Shown: positions 14,567 to 29,626 of the stretch, piece after piece
Position numbering within the stretch: position 1 is the stretch's first letter
Layout of the letters: each line of letters starts with the position of its first letter
NCBI GenBank assembly: GCA_025786725.1
Contig: JAHLTZ010000041.1
Coordinates: 116,744-180,743 of the forward strand
Reading direction: 5' to 3'
Source: Syncephalis fuscata S228
Lineage: Eukaryota; Fungi; Zoopagomycota
DNA length: 64,000 nt
Translations under genes and position numbers: made by a program
The notes under the pieces: generated by a model
The model's database searches: none
What the model was told of the DNA's origin: nothing
The model's input: the letters and a program-made list of their open reading frames with translations, nothing else

Positions 14567-14872
14567 TTAATTTGTAGATGGTCGACGTGCAAAACATTGT
14601 TTAAATGCTTCCATTTCCTCTTTACATGCTCTCCAGTCATGTTTAGCCATATAACATTCATGTAACCGCATATTCTCATCATAACAACCAGTAGAACGTA
14701 TTCGTTGATCCCATGGATCTTCTTCATCGTCATCCTCTTCTTCTACTTCTACTTCTTTGTTGTTGTTGTTGTCATTCTGTTCTTCTACTTTCTTTGACTC
14801 TTCTTTTAGTTTATTAGATTCTAATGATTGAGATTCATTAGATTTATTAGATAGTACTTTAACGTTAGTCAT
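14567..14872 (-). CDS. COA4: Cytochrome c oxidase assembly factor 4 (twin CX9C)
   Basis: DPWDQRIRSTGCYDENMRLHECYMAKHDWRACKEEMEAFKQCF matches the COA4/CHCHD8 pattern. Confidence 0.85.
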   Translation of the reverse strand: MTNVKVLSNKSNESQSLESNKLKEESKKVEEQNDNNNNKEVEVEEEDDDEEDPWDQRIRSTGCYDENMRLHECYMAKHDWRACKEEMEAFKQCFARRPSTN

Positions 14873-15193
14873 TGTTGTATAAGTAGAATCAAGTTAAAAG
14901 AGTGCAATATAAGAAAGAAGAGTATATATATCCATATCCATATAGTGTACAAGTGTATCTAGTTATAGATGTTATTATACTAAAATGAATAACCATACGT
15001 CTTATCAACCAACTAATTAATCTGATGATTTTCATTAACCACATCAACGGCCCTTGTTTATCTCCTTCGTCATCCCTTTAAACCACTACTGTTTAAACCA
15101 CACACCTACGCAATTACCCTTCAGACATTCATCTTTGTTTGTGGCTATTCTATTTACTCGATCGGTGTTAGTTACTGAACATACACGTACACC

Positions 15194-16867
15194 ATGGCCA
15201 ATTTACCGCCAGTGGTCATTGATAATGGCACAGGGTAAGTAGGACGTCTATTCAATGTAACCGTCAACTTATGCCATGATGGGTTGATGGGTGGGTTCTA
15301 GTTATACGAAAATGGGCTTTGCCGGTAATAGTGACCCGCAATTCATATTTCCAACGGTAATTGCTACGCGAGAGAATGCAGCCGGTGGTTCAACGCGTTC
15401 AACAGTCTCGCAATATTCAGGCAGTGGCGGTTCTAGGCTTCTGGTAACTTGGCATCGAAAAGAGGCGCGGAAGACTTGGATTTCTATATTGGACACGAGG
15501 CCATTCGCCATGGTAAATCCTATGGCTTAAACTACCCCATTCGACATGGTCAAATCGAGAATTGGGATCATATGGAGCGGTTATGGGAGCAGTCTATCTT
15601 TAAATACCTACGCTGTGAACCAGAAGACCATTACTTTCTACTCGTAAGTACCAGGACCAGTGCCAGTATATAGTATATGGTGTATAATCTGATATAATTT
15701 TATTTGTAGACGGAACCGCCACTTAATGCACCAGAGAATCGCGAAAATACGGCCGAGATCTTTTTTGAGACATTTAATATTCCAGGCATGTATATTGCTG
15801 TACAGGCTGTACTTGCGCTGGCGGCCAGTTGGGTGTCTGGTAAAGTGGCAGAGCGTACACTGACGGGCACAGTCATTGATAGTGGTGATGGTGTAACTCA
15901 CGTCATTCCTGTGGTAGGTAGACCAATATGTTTATTATTGTTCATATTCATGTTAACGTGGTCTATTTAGGCGGATGGATATGTTATTGGCAGTTCTATT
16001 AAACATATTCCTATTGCTGGTCGGGATATTACACAATTTGTGCAACAACTATTACGTGACCGTAATGAATCAGCCATTCCACCTGAGGATTCATTAGAAG
16101 TGGCCAAACGTATCAAGGAAAGCTATTCGTATGTTTGCCATGATATTGTTAAAGAGTTTCGTAAATACGATCAAGATCCAAGTCAATTCTGCAAATATCA
16201 AGGTGTTCATGGAGTGACTCAGCGGGTAAGTAGTCGTAGTCGTAGTAATTAATATTTACTAATACTTACTAATGTCTATTAGCCTTATGAAGTCGATGTT
16301 GGTTACGAACGATTCTTGGCACCAGAAATCTTCTTTAATCCAGAGATTGCCAGTTCTGACTTTTTAACCCCTCTGCCTGATGTGGTCGATAATGTTATTC
16401 AAACAAGTCCTATTGATACACGTCGTGGTCTATACAAGAATATTGTACTGTCGGGTGGATCAACGATGTTTAAAGACTTTGGCAAACGTCTACACCGTGA
16501 CATTAAGCGTACTGTAGATGCTCGTCTACGTCGTAGTGAAGAACTAAGCGGTGGCCGTCTAAAGGTATAACCTAGATAGATCGAATAGCACTAGGCGTAT
16601 AGCGTTATTAATACTGTTTATAGTCAACACCTATGGAAGTGAATGTGATATCACATAAAAAACAGCGATATGCTGTATGGTTTGGCGGTAGTTTGTTGGC
16701 TTCTACAGTAAGTAAAAGTCTATTAGTTGATGAATAGTTGCTAATTACTCGATGATGATGATGATGTATAGAGCGAATTCTACTCATACTGTCATACAAA
16801 GGCCGAATACGAAGAATATGGACCAAGTATTGCACGACATAACCGAGTATTTAATACAATTCAATAA
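15194..16867 (+). CDS. ARP3: Actin-related protein 3
   Basis: [19 protein letters not shown]; [25 protein letters not shown]; [14 protein letters not shown]; [10 protein letters not shown]; [10 protein letters not shown]. Frameshift near 15435. Confidence 0.96.
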
Positions 16868-17347
16868 TGATACTGGTCTATCCATACCTATCTAAAGTGT
16901 ATCTATATATACATTTTATTGGTTAAATCATATGAATACATTAATTACAGTCACCATAACCATAACCATGACAATAATGAGAAGTATTATCTATTTATAT
17001 CTATCTATATATTTATTTGTATGTAGTATGTGTGGAATGTGATCAATCATGGGACCTGTGTATTAATTTATGTTGTCCATTTATAGTAATTACGTATTTA
17101 TATTGAATAGCCATTGATTTATATTTTTACAATTTGTTTATTGTGTTGTTGTTGTTGTTGTTCTGTCTATTCTCTACTCCGCTTATTGTGTGGTCTATTC
17201 ATTCTAATATTGCTAGTTATAATAAGCTATTTACCAGTGCTTCTACTACTTTACCGTTAATATTAATATTAATAGTCACTGCTGAAAGGCTATTATAGCC
17301 TTTGTATATTGTCTACAGTTTATTCGTTATATTGTTCATCTTGACGA

Positions 17348-18434
17348 ATGATTATATTTGTTACTACTATCGTGCATCTTGTGGTGTACACGATATTCTT
17401 ATTTGCATTTCTGGCCAATAGTATTATTACTCGGGCCAAGACATACTGGCTTCTATTTGCTATCTGTTTATGTACGTATTCTATTACTATGTGTCAAGTG
17501 ACTATCGTTATTAATGTATCCTACAGTGCAATGTGCCTCAGATATTGCTCTTATAGCATGGCCGGGTAGCTTTAGTGTTGTGGCTATTGCCGTGGCCTAC
17601 AGTTTCTTATTAATAGCACTCGTGGGTCTAACGATGGTATCCACTCGATTACTACACATTTGGTAAGTATAGAATATAAATGACCATCATGGTTATTAAC
17701 TATTATTAAATAGGTCGACTTCGGTTAAGATTATTATTCCAAATTATCCACATCGACTATTTGCTTGGTCAGGGCGTATTCTACTTGTACTCTATGGTAT
17801 TATGGCCATTGTAGCTGGTGCAGCCATCTGGCTAATGACGAATGAACGATACTTATTGACGGCATTCCGTCTATGGTATGCCTTTATGTGGTCTTATGGT
17901 ATCTTAACCCTGTATATGACAATTATTTCTATTATGGTTGGATGGAGAAAGATCCGTGCTTTACCCCCTTCGTTGGATATCCGACGCAAGCGTAATGTAA
18001 GTTGTTGTTTATATATCAATATTGTTTAGTTACTAATAGATATTATAGCAAATTATTCGATTATGTATTCTTAATTTCATTTTATTCCTTTATTTCTTCC
18101 TTGATGGATTTGGACTGCTCTACTACACGTTTATCCAGTATTCGGGATATATTCTACTATTTGCATGGTTATGTATTGCCGCCTGGCCCCGTGCTCTAGC
18201 CAATTACAGCTTGGCACCGGGTGCACCATCACCGCCCGATAGTCACGAGGGCACAATGATGGATGCCGCAGCCATGGAAGAGGAAATGGCCGGTATAAAG
18301 GAGAACAAATATACTACAGTGATCCACTGGTAGTAAATACAGATCCAGATAGTGTAGCTATATTGGAAACTGTTCCTATTGATGATGATGATGATGATAA
18401 TACCAATAAGCATCCACATGGATCCAATAGCTAA
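17348..18434 (+). CDS. Uncharacterised multi-pass (about 7 TM) membrane protein
   Basis: Several hydrophobic exons joined by GT-AG introns, with motifs RAKTYW, LLHIW/STSV and AAWPRAL. The end is 18333, or 18434 if a frameshift is corrected. Confidence 0.6.
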
Positions 18435-18755
18435 TATTTATTAACGAATATTTATATATATTATTGTTATAAGCACTATGATTATTTTAACGAATTACAC
18501 CCAATTGTAATATAAATGGGTGCATTCAAGTTTAGTACGTGTTAATGAAGTAATTAGAATTGATTTAGTAAAAGCTATAATCTAAATACTCTATCTATTA
18601 AATAAAGTCACGTTCTACCATTAGTAATATGAACCAGTAATGATTGGTTGGTTAAATGGTTATTTATTATTTATCATTATGTTAATAAATTTGTACACTT
18701 TTAGTAATTAGTAATTAGTAATTAGTAATTAAAGTTAACAACAAAATAAATGAAT

Positions 18756-21121
18756 TTATATATGTGCAAATAAATGTTTATCCATGCCCAAGACCACGTC
18801 GACCAGATGGAATGACCGCCTCAACTGGATCAACTCTACCTGGATTAGTTGAACCAAGTGCTTCACCCGGTGACCATCTGTTATAGCAACATTAGTTAGG
18901 CTACTTAATCGATTGTAAAATACTTACCCCATTTTGGCTAATAGTTGATGACCAAGATTACTTGCTGATAATGCAGGTACATTGCCACCCACCACTGTAC
19001 CGGGTCGGGCTAATAATACAATACAATACAATATAATATAACATCAATGGTTTAGATAAATCGGTAGTTACGGTATAGATGCAATAAACACTCACGTTTC
19101 GTTGAAGAGGTAGATTGATTTGGTGTATTTGACCAATCTCTACTCTCTTTAACTCGTTTCCCTTTCTTGCCTACTTGTATAGATGGATCGATATACCGTG
19201 TCTGGTTGTTATATTGGCGAATAATAACATCAATAATTCTACTTGTTTCAGGCAATTCGGTACTTCTCTTCCTTGATAATATTGTATATCTAATAAATAG
19301 ATCATTAGTAGACTATAGTAATACTATATAATATTTACCGTTTATGACCTGATCCTACGCTTTTAGAGTTCAATCCATATTGTAGTGCCAATTGATGAAC
19401 AGTACGTCGTGCTGCCTTATCCATGCACGGTAGTGGTATACTGTAATGGATAGAATAACGATTAGAAATCTATTATAAAAGAACAAATTAATTACCTAGG
19501 CACCATAGGCTCCATAACAAATCCTCTAATAATTCTATTAAACAAATAGCATTAACATATTAAATATAATAATATTATAGCTTACTTATTGATCTCTCGC
19601 ATATTAATGGCTCGTTGACTAATTAACTTTTCTTTTCTTTGTTGTTTCTGTTCCTTCTTTGATAGTTTATTGCGTTTCTCTTTGGATGATCGATAATGGT
19701 TATGTTGATTATAGAGTGGCATATCATCTTCATCATCTGGTATAATAATCCATTTGGGTGAACGTGTGGCTGCTCTATTAACTGTTATAATAGATATTAA
19801 TATACATCATTGTTTTAATATTTACTTACTTTTAGTATTGGATCTGTTATATGAAAAATCGCCTGATAATACAGCTTCAAAGTTCTCAACTGATCTTGTC
19901 TTTTTAATCTGCTTCTCTTTTCTACTTAATCCACGGGCTGTTCTATCTATCATATGATCGATATCCTCATCTTGATCATCACTTGAATCGTCCCATTGAA
20001 AGTTGCCTTCAAAGTTGATCTTTTCCATTATTTCAATTCCTTCTCCTTCAGTGTCAAATTGTGGTTTAACACGCCATACTGATGGTTTAATATCTTCATC
20101 TTCTGTACTCTCATCATCTGTATCTAATATTTCAATTACTGAGTTACTAGATATCTGAATTTTGTTATTATTTTTATTTTTGTTGTTGTTGTTATCTTCA
20201 CCGTCAACGTCGATATAAAATAGGGAATCTACTGTTTTAGTATTCGATGTTGATACTTGAGATGCTGTTGTAGCCACTGACTTGTCTACTACAGCTGATG
20301 GTTCTACTTTTACTTGGTTAGATGTTTGTTGCGTACTCTGCATCCAAATAGGCCTCTAAAGTTGTCCACAGAGTCATCTGATGAATCTTCACTATCTTCT
20401 TCGCTATCCTCGTCTTCATCTTGGTATATAAATGGATCTTCAGATGTATCCAATTGAGCAAGAAATGCATTATCTTGTATAAATTGTTCTAATTTAGTCG
20501 AAGATGGTATTAATGTCTGTTCATCTTTATCTTGTCCATTTAGGCTTAATTCTTCCAATATATTCTATATAGAATTAATTAACTTAAATATGGTTGAATT
20601 AGTCATCATCTTACTTTTAAATAGTCGTCATCGTCATCATATTCGTCGTCGTCATCTAATAGAATACTGTCAATATCGATATCATCATCATCTGTATAAT
20701 TATAGGATAAGTTATAGGTTATTTAAAATATATATTATTTACCAAGAAAGATGCCTGCCTCCTCTAAATCATCTCGCCGTCCTATAGGTCGTTTGTGATG
20801 AGTAGGGACCGGTCCAGTACGACGACGATTAGTAGACCTCATTTGAATAGTGCGATACTGTTCAGTGCCTGATTGGTCTTGCATAGCTGATATGATCTGC
20901 GTAACTAGACCTGGTTCATTGCTTTGAATGGCACCTGGATGACGTGGTCGGCCACGGCCTCTACCGCGATTGCCGCCAACACCACCGCCACGACCCCTAC
21001 CACGCCCTCCACGGCCTTTACCGCCATGAGATCGGTGTTGATTCGTGTCATTCAACGCTATATAGTCGGACTGACTAGAAAACGTGGTATTCGTTTTCTT
21101 TCGACCTTGTTTACGCACCAT
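18756..21121 (-). CDS. R3H plus G-patch domain protein (Sqs1/Pfa1-like)
   Basis: N-terminal RGG; R3H LPCMDKAARRTVHQLALQYGLNSKSVGSG; C-terminal G-patch SNLGHQLLAKMG/WSPGEALG...RRGLG. Confidence 0.8.
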
Positions 21122-21286
21122 GAGCGTTGCTGTTGTTAGTACTAATAAAATATATTAAGTGAATAGGTGCTAAGAAAAAAAGAGTAAAAAGTGGCACTTT
21201 GTAAATGACACAATTGATTAAAATCAGTCACATCTACTCATATTGATTCAACTCGTTATTTGTATAATTAGTATTTGTATATTTAT

Positions 21287-22662
<1,376 letters not shown>

Positions 22663-22843
22663 AGTGTAAAGGTAAGTAGCTACTAATATGTTATGTTAGG
22701 TTATGTGGGTTTGGTCGGTCGGTTAATAAAAAGAATAATTCTCTTTTATTATTGATTTCTTTCTTTTCTCTCTTTCTTGTGCGGTATATAATACACGGAC
22801 AGTATCAGCGACATTCCTACGCGGCCATTTATTTTATGTTATC

Positions 22844-23430
22844 ATGTCGACTGCAACAGCCAAGGTGTTCCTAAAATACAGCCAGCTACCAACTATAGCT
22901 TGGTCGAGAAAGGGAAAGAACCTGTTCCAATTACTAAGTGTAGAGGCGAATTACGGTGCCGGAAAGCGTGTAGTAAGTAGCGATCTATAGTGCTGTGTTA
23001 TAGCCACAGTAAATACACGTACTAAATGTAGTATAGACAGATTCGCGACAAAAGATTAACCGCGCTGGCGAATGCGATACATGTTATAAAATAGAATCAG
23101 TAGAGCCTAAAGTTACTAAGGGAGTAAGTAGTCAGTTAGTAGATTATTAGGAAAATGGTTCTAAATAATCGATAGGAACTGCGTAATGGCACCGCAACAG
23201 GTCGATTGTTGTGGAAGGGTGGGTTCAAGTGTAGTAAGTAGGTCTATTCTATTAACTTTAGTGTAATGTTAGAACGATTTGCTACTGCTCGACCAGTCGA
23301 GATTACTTCGGCACTTAAATATGATTGGGTTTTATTGCCAGCAGTTAAAAATCCTATGGAAGTAGCACTACGCGCAGAAGATAAGCGCCAGCGTCAATTA
23401 GAAGATTCAGAAGGAACTGAAGAGGCATAA
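22844..23430 (+). CDS. Mitochondrial ribosomal protein mS34-like (4 exons, absent from the ORF track)
   Basis: GKNLFQLLSVEANYGAGKRV/...TCYKIESVEP/...NGTATGRLLWKG/...ITSALKYDWVLL resembles the MRPS34 pattern (K-LFEIL--LPNFG-G; HG-AWG-LTWKG). Confidence 0.6.
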
Positions 23431-23763
23431 AATTATAAATATAATGTTATTAAAAGAAATTAATATAGCAATCTATTGTTTAATTAACAAATAGCAACAA
23501 TTGCACAATTGTAATAATCTTATAGTATCAAATTACATAATGCAATATAATTGTTATTTTATTTATTTTAAACTAATAATAACGGAGATAATTAATAGCC
23601 CATTAGAAGGGTATTGGTAACAATAACACTCCAGAATCAATGGTAATTACTAGTTGACGTAGCAAGATTTTATAGATTTAAAAAGTCAACTATATAAACA
23701 ATAAACTAATTAGGGAGCGTATCTGGATAATTATAGCCAGTAGTAAATAAGAAGCAGTAGTGA

Positions 23764-25212
23764 CTATTCTCCTCCACTAGTAATGGATGAAGGAGATTTG
23801 GTATTAGATAGACGTAGTTTTTCGAACATCTTTTCTTTCCATGTTATAGAATTGATAAATTGACGTGAATCTTTCCATGGAATAGGCGATATCTAATTTG
23901 ATCAGTGTTAATAACAATAGTCTGTAAATAATGATCTATTTAATAACCTACCATTGGATTAATACCATCAACTGGTGGTTCTCTAAGTTGCATATTCCGT
24001 TCTGTATTGTTATTATCTAGTGTGGCATTTGATGCGGCTGTTGTTGTCGACTCTTCTTTCTTGGCGGATTCAGTATCGGTTATAGTTTTACGACGTTGAC
24101 GTGTTGTTTTTGTTTTTGATGCTTCTTTCTTGTCCTCTTGTGTTGTTGAATCCGGATCTATTTTTCGTGTTCTACGTTTAGTTGGTTTAGTTGTAGTAGC
24201 TTCGTCCTTGTCAGTTTCTACTTCTCCAACTATACCATTATCATCTATCGGTTCTATTTCATGTGTTGCGATTTCATCGACTTCTTTTGTGCTGCGTTTG
24301 CGCTTATTTTTCGTAGGTTTAGTATCTGTTTTCTCGTTAGATTCGATGGACGATTGGCTGGATTGTTGAGCACTTGTTTTTCTTGTTCGTTTAGTTGGTT
24401 TAGCCGTAGGTTCAGGTGGTGCTATTTCAGTCGACGATTTCTCGCCAATGGTGGCCATTTGCGTTGCTGCCAGTTTTCTAATTCTAGCCGAAGATGGTCG
24501 GATGTGTCCCATAGGTAGATTAAGTGTTTTCAGCTCTTCAGGAGCATAATATTCAGTAAGTGCTACCACTTTATTAATTTCTTGTGCTCTTTCCCCCGAT
24601 ATAAGTCGTAGTTTTGCACGATCCACACGTATCTAAATCGATTGCTGTGTTAGTTTCAATGACCAATAAACACTTATTGCAACTTACAGCTGCCACTTTA
24701 CAACAGGCTAGAAATACACCGACTGGAAATACGGGACGCTCCCATTGCACTGCTGATAACTGCGCACCTGGTAGTGCGGCTGACCATTTTTCCTTAAATG
24801 CCGTCATTACTTGTTCACAGCGAGATAGCATGGAAATGGATCCAAACTGAACTACCAGCGACTTTAGCGTTACTCGTGACATACTCGATGGTATACCAAG
24901 TAGGTCGTGAAGCCGCATTAGCTCATTCTTGTATATCGTGATGGTCACACCGGCCAGCCGTGTAGCTAGACGTCGGTCGAGTGCCGTGTTGAATCTATAC
25001 CGTTATAGCGATTAGCCCTTTCATAGATAACAAGATAAAGTTGCTTACTTTTCACAGGCTAATTCAAGACAAACAAGAGGTGTTGCTGAATTGGTGCCAG
25101 TGCGTGCACTTGCCTGGGTGTATAGCTGCAGTGCATGTTGGACAATACGTGGATCTTCGTCCAAATTCAGCGTACTGGCAAATGCACTCAAACTATGTTG
25201 GATATTGACCAT
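23764..25212 (-). CDS. ORC6: Origin recognition complex subunit 6
   Basis: PLVCLELACEK; VTLKSLVVQFG; WERPVFPVGVFLACCK; VDRAKL; long charged linker; C-terminal helix TWKEKM. Confidence 0.75.
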
Positions 25213-25277
25213 GATAAAAATAAACAGTGAAACAAAATGGATTCTTATTGTCTTTTTGATATCCTCTCTACCACACA

Positions 25278-26080
25278 ATGAACTCAACACTGACTATTGC
25301 GGCTGCACTATTAAAGGCAAACGATTTTGCTGCCCATAAGCACAGGAATCAGATACGCAAAGATGGAAAGACACGCAAGTAACGCCGTGGTTTATATGGA
25401 TATTGCGACTAACTAGCCGAATAATAGCCTATATAAACCATCCGATAGGAGTGGCACACTATTTGGCCGAGGCAGGCATTGACGATTTAGTAACGCTACA
25501 AGCTGCGTTATTGCATGACACGGTTGAGGATACCGATACAACCTTTGAAGAGGTATATATGTGTTTATTTGCTATATAGTGTAGATAACATAGTGATGTA
25601 TGAACAAAGGTTGAAGAGATATTTGGACCTGAAGTTCGTTTGGTAGTGGAGGAATGTAGCGATGACATGCAACTACCTAGGGAAGAAAGAAGACGTATAC
25701 AAGTGGAAACGTTGCCACATAAATCGGTCAAAGTAAGTGCTAGCTAATGGATATGGTATATACGACCATATACCTGACAAATGACTAGGCCAGACAAGTC
25801 AAGTTGGCGGATAAGCTTTACAACTTGCGTGATCTACTGCGAATGGCACCAATAGGATGGTAACTACCACTGATGCATAGCAAGATATATACTAACAACG
25901 ACAAAAGGACGCCAGAGCGTGTGCATGATTACTTTGTATGGTCACGCGATGTAGTAGATGGTAAGTGATTTTGTATGATAAATCATCACGTTAAGTGTAG
26001 TATTAGTTTGCCGTGGTGTTTGTGAGCCACTGGAGAAGCAGCTGGATGAAATATTCAGTCAAGTGTTGGATAAAGCTTAA
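25278..26080 (+). CDS. HD-domain (p)ppGpp/NADPH hydrolase MESH1/HDDC3
   Basis: [32 protein letters not shown]...[19 protein letters not shown]; [13 protein letters not shown]; [12 protein letters not shown]. The first intron is GC-AG. Confidence 0.88.
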
Positions 26081-26376
26081 GTTGATTATGGTTTATTAAT
26101 GTTGGTTCATCATTGCACATTACAATAAACGAAGTTGTTTGAATTTATGTATTTGATTTAATGGCTGTTCATTTGTTAACAATAAAGTATTTATTTTTTA
26201 TATATTATGTCCAAGAATATGTTGCTATTTTTTGGGTACTAAGACATTATAGCGTACCGATGTATTTGCGTTGAACTACGTATATAACCGCATGATAATA
26301 CCATAATATAAAAACATAAAGATATGTGTAATATTATATTATATAATATAATATAGTCGTTGTAAGCGGTAGCAAA

Positions 26377-28136
26377 TTACGTATATGGCATATGAGGAGG
26401 TGGTGGCGGTGGGGTATTTGAAGGGCGGGGCGGAGGATATGGTGAGTTAGAAAAGTTGTATTTGTACTTGGGAGACTGCGATGTTCTTGACGAAGACCGA
26501 CTGCTAATTGTGTTGATTTGCAAACTGGCCTGGGACGGTCGATGTTCAATTTGTCGTCTTGGACTGCTGGATGATTCGCTATAGCCGTAGCCTTCTTCGA
26601 ATGAGTTTTCACTTCGTAAACGATTGGCTTCGGCAAAGAATCGTCGCTGTTCGGCATAGCGTTGCTGATGTAGAAGCACTTCTTGTTCATAGCTTTGCTC
26701 CTCCGATTTGGGCGAGTCTTGCGACGATGGACTAGACGGCTCAGATAGTAGCAGATTAGATGGGCTTGCTTTTGGCTTGACTCCTAGCTGGCGCTGTTTC
26801 TTTTCTTGCTTTTTCTTGTAATCGTACGAAATGACATACGGTGCGTATTCAGTGCCACCAAAAGCGCTAGCGCCACCACCAGCCGTGCTCGATCCAATTA
26901 CGGTAGCACCATCGTGGCCAATCATCGGATGAAGACCGCCTTTTTCTTTTTCGCTTAGTTGCAGTTTGGGCTTTTGCTTTCTTTCTCCATCCCTTGGACT
27001 GCCAACCTTGCTTCCGCTTTTCCTGCTATCGAGAGTGCAAGTTTCGCCGGCAACCGAGTTAGTCTTGCGGGAAAGAGCCAGCCCGGATGGACGGCTGGGT
27101 GCCTGTTCCGAAGACATAGCCATTTCGGCAGTAGACATAGCGGGAAAGTTACTTAATGACGACGAGTACAACATACGTTGGTCGACTAGCTTGAAAAACC
27201 CAGGCCAAATAAGCAAAATTATGCCGGTGGTTTCAAATATGGCTCTGACCATACCAAGATAGCCAGTAACCATTGGCATTGAGCGAATGCTGTTGCGCAA
27301 TGCTTCGGAAAATAGTCCTATAACCAACAGACTGTTGGCAATGATAATACGAGTCAGTTGCTAAATAAATAAACAATCAGCTATAAGTTGTTACTCTATT
27401 TATATTACTTACATGCACTTTGGTCTTGCCAGCTATTAAGTCCCTTGGCCATTCCCGGGACATTTTCCAGTATAGCCAGCATAGGTAGAAAGGTATGCAG
27501 AATATTACAAAATAGCCCCATGAGAATGTAAGTGTTAAGCCGAAGCCACGTTCAGTGTTGGATGTGCCGTTGTTAATACTGCCAGCAATTCCGATAGGTG
27601 TAAATACGCATGTTAGAAAACGTAATCCATTAATTGTCCAGCGTAATTGTCGACTACTGCCATCGCCATCCATGTCGGATATAATGCTTCGGCTGTTTTA
27701 TAGTGTATGTGTTAATTAGTTGTGTAAATAAATTGTGTCGCTATTAACTTACTTGTCTTCAATATTGGCATCTCTAGAGGTGCCAATCACACTGGTGTGC
27801 CATGCATGTAAAAACTTGTGCAAGGCCAGCGTAAGTAGAACAGTGCCAATTACCGTGGCAATACCGCAAATATAATCAGTACATCTCCTGCTGTTTCGGA
27901 AAGTACCGAATCCACTAACAAAAATGCAACTCAGACAAAGTGCGTACTATTCGATGCACATTACAATAAATAAATAGTTAAATACACAAACAAAGCTTAC
28001 CTAGCGCAAATATGGCTACACTCCAATAGGCACGAAGTCCATTACGAAATATATCAACGATAACCAGTACCAGCACACAAAAATAGCAGGCTGCTCCCAC
28101 TGTGTGTGCTGGTACCAATGCAATGTCATGCAGCAT
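26377..28136 (-). CDS. Uncharacterised about 7-TM membrane protein with long S/P-rich cytoplasmic tail
   Basis: MLHDIALVPAHTVGAACYFCVLVLVIVDIFRNGLRAYW...; FLHAWHTSV; GIILLIWPGFF; tail ends PPPPPHMPYT*. Confidence 0.6.
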
Positions 28137-29397
28137 GTGTACTCAGTACAGCGGCTCAGCAAACTGCTAATGTTACGGTAATTAATACCTATTAGATCTT
28201 ATGCTATTATTCAATAGACAGACTGATTTAAGTTGAGATTAACAAAGTTGTTTTGATATTAGTTAATATTTGCTATTTTTTAAGATTATAAACAGTAGTA
28301 CTGAATAGACGATATGCGTCAAATATTTCAACTAAAAGTTGATTCAGGCGTTTTAGAGACGATAGTAGTTCAAGAAATAAAATAAACAATAAGCGTACCT
28401 ATCGACAAGATGTTAAATTACGTTGAATCGTAGTGCAAAAATTAATGGTCATAAAAAGCTGCGTACACAAGCTTTTTAAAACGCAAAAAAGTGCAATAAA
28501 GAGTAGCGACAAAGAGATATTAATGAGTAATAGAATGGAAGCGTAAATAAAACTGGCAAGGCAAGGGTAAATGTTGAATTCAACGAGCGCTACAAAATAA
28601 AATAATGTTAAAAGTCCGGTAATCTAATATAATGTTTTACGAGCCAATGAAATGCCAAGCGGGACGAGCATGGCAATCATTGGATCCAACGGCATGTGAC
28701 TAGGATGCGAGTTTTTTATAGAAATAGATTACCAAATTAGGTGGGGCTATTTTACCTTGGTTCCCTGACGTTTTGAAAATAAAAGATATGGAGACTTAAA
28801 TTCCATTTTAACGAAAGATCTTTCAGCATCGTTGAGTGCAAAATGCATCAAGATAGCATTGATATATGGAAAACAAACAAATCCGAATAGAAGATGGATT
28901 GTAGATTTTTGAAGTGTCAAATAGTGTGTGCGCACAATTGCAATAAGTTCAGACTTGTTAAATGAGTGCATTTTATTTATTTATATAGCTAGCAATCTAC
29001 CGTTTTGCTTTTCTGAATGTACTAGTGTGTCACATTTACGTATGTTGACTTAGTGGCACTATGTAATAGTAATTTTAGATAATAGTATATTTAGAAGACT
29101 CATTTTGGCAATGCTGTCATTGTTCTATAATTATATTTGCTTTTATGCTATTGATTTTTACTCTTTGTTTTATTCTATCACTTGAACAACTCTTTCATCA
29201 GTGCTTCAATTTATTTATAATCTTTGTATGTACAATGTCATTTGATTTGTGGCGTGTATTATAATATTGTATATATAATTTCTTTGTTAATTAAATAAAT
29301 ATAATTTTTTGCAAGCATTAAATAATTTACTAGTCATTTAATGTGATTTGGATGTCAAATGACAACTTGATAATATTCACACATTTAAATTAAACTT

Positions 29398-29626
29398 TCT
29401 ATTGAGCATGAAACTAGGAGTAATTCACATCATGGTTTAAAATACTCATCATCATAGATTTATTATACAATATGCATATATTTAGTATACATATATATTT
29501 TATTCATTTATATCACTTCCAATATGCCCTACACTACTATATATCATTCTATATTCAACTAGCCTTTCTCTATTCAAAACTGTTTTTATTTTTGTTCTAG
29601 CTGTATTATTAATAAATATTGACTAA
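29398..29626 (+). repeat. Dispersed degenerate repeat, copy 1 (partner at about 60119-60445)
   Basis: Shared blocks TCTATTGAGCATGA, GTTTAAAATACTCATCAT.ATAGA, TATTCAAAA and TTGACT.AT occur in the same order. Confidence 0.6.

Noticed and set aside
11387-16867. CUL3 and ARP3 as pseudogenes or programmed-frameshift genes
   Set aside because: The sequences are otherwise fully conserved, the same 1-nt deletion pattern recurs across unrelated genes, and no common slippery motif is present. Assembly error is more likely.
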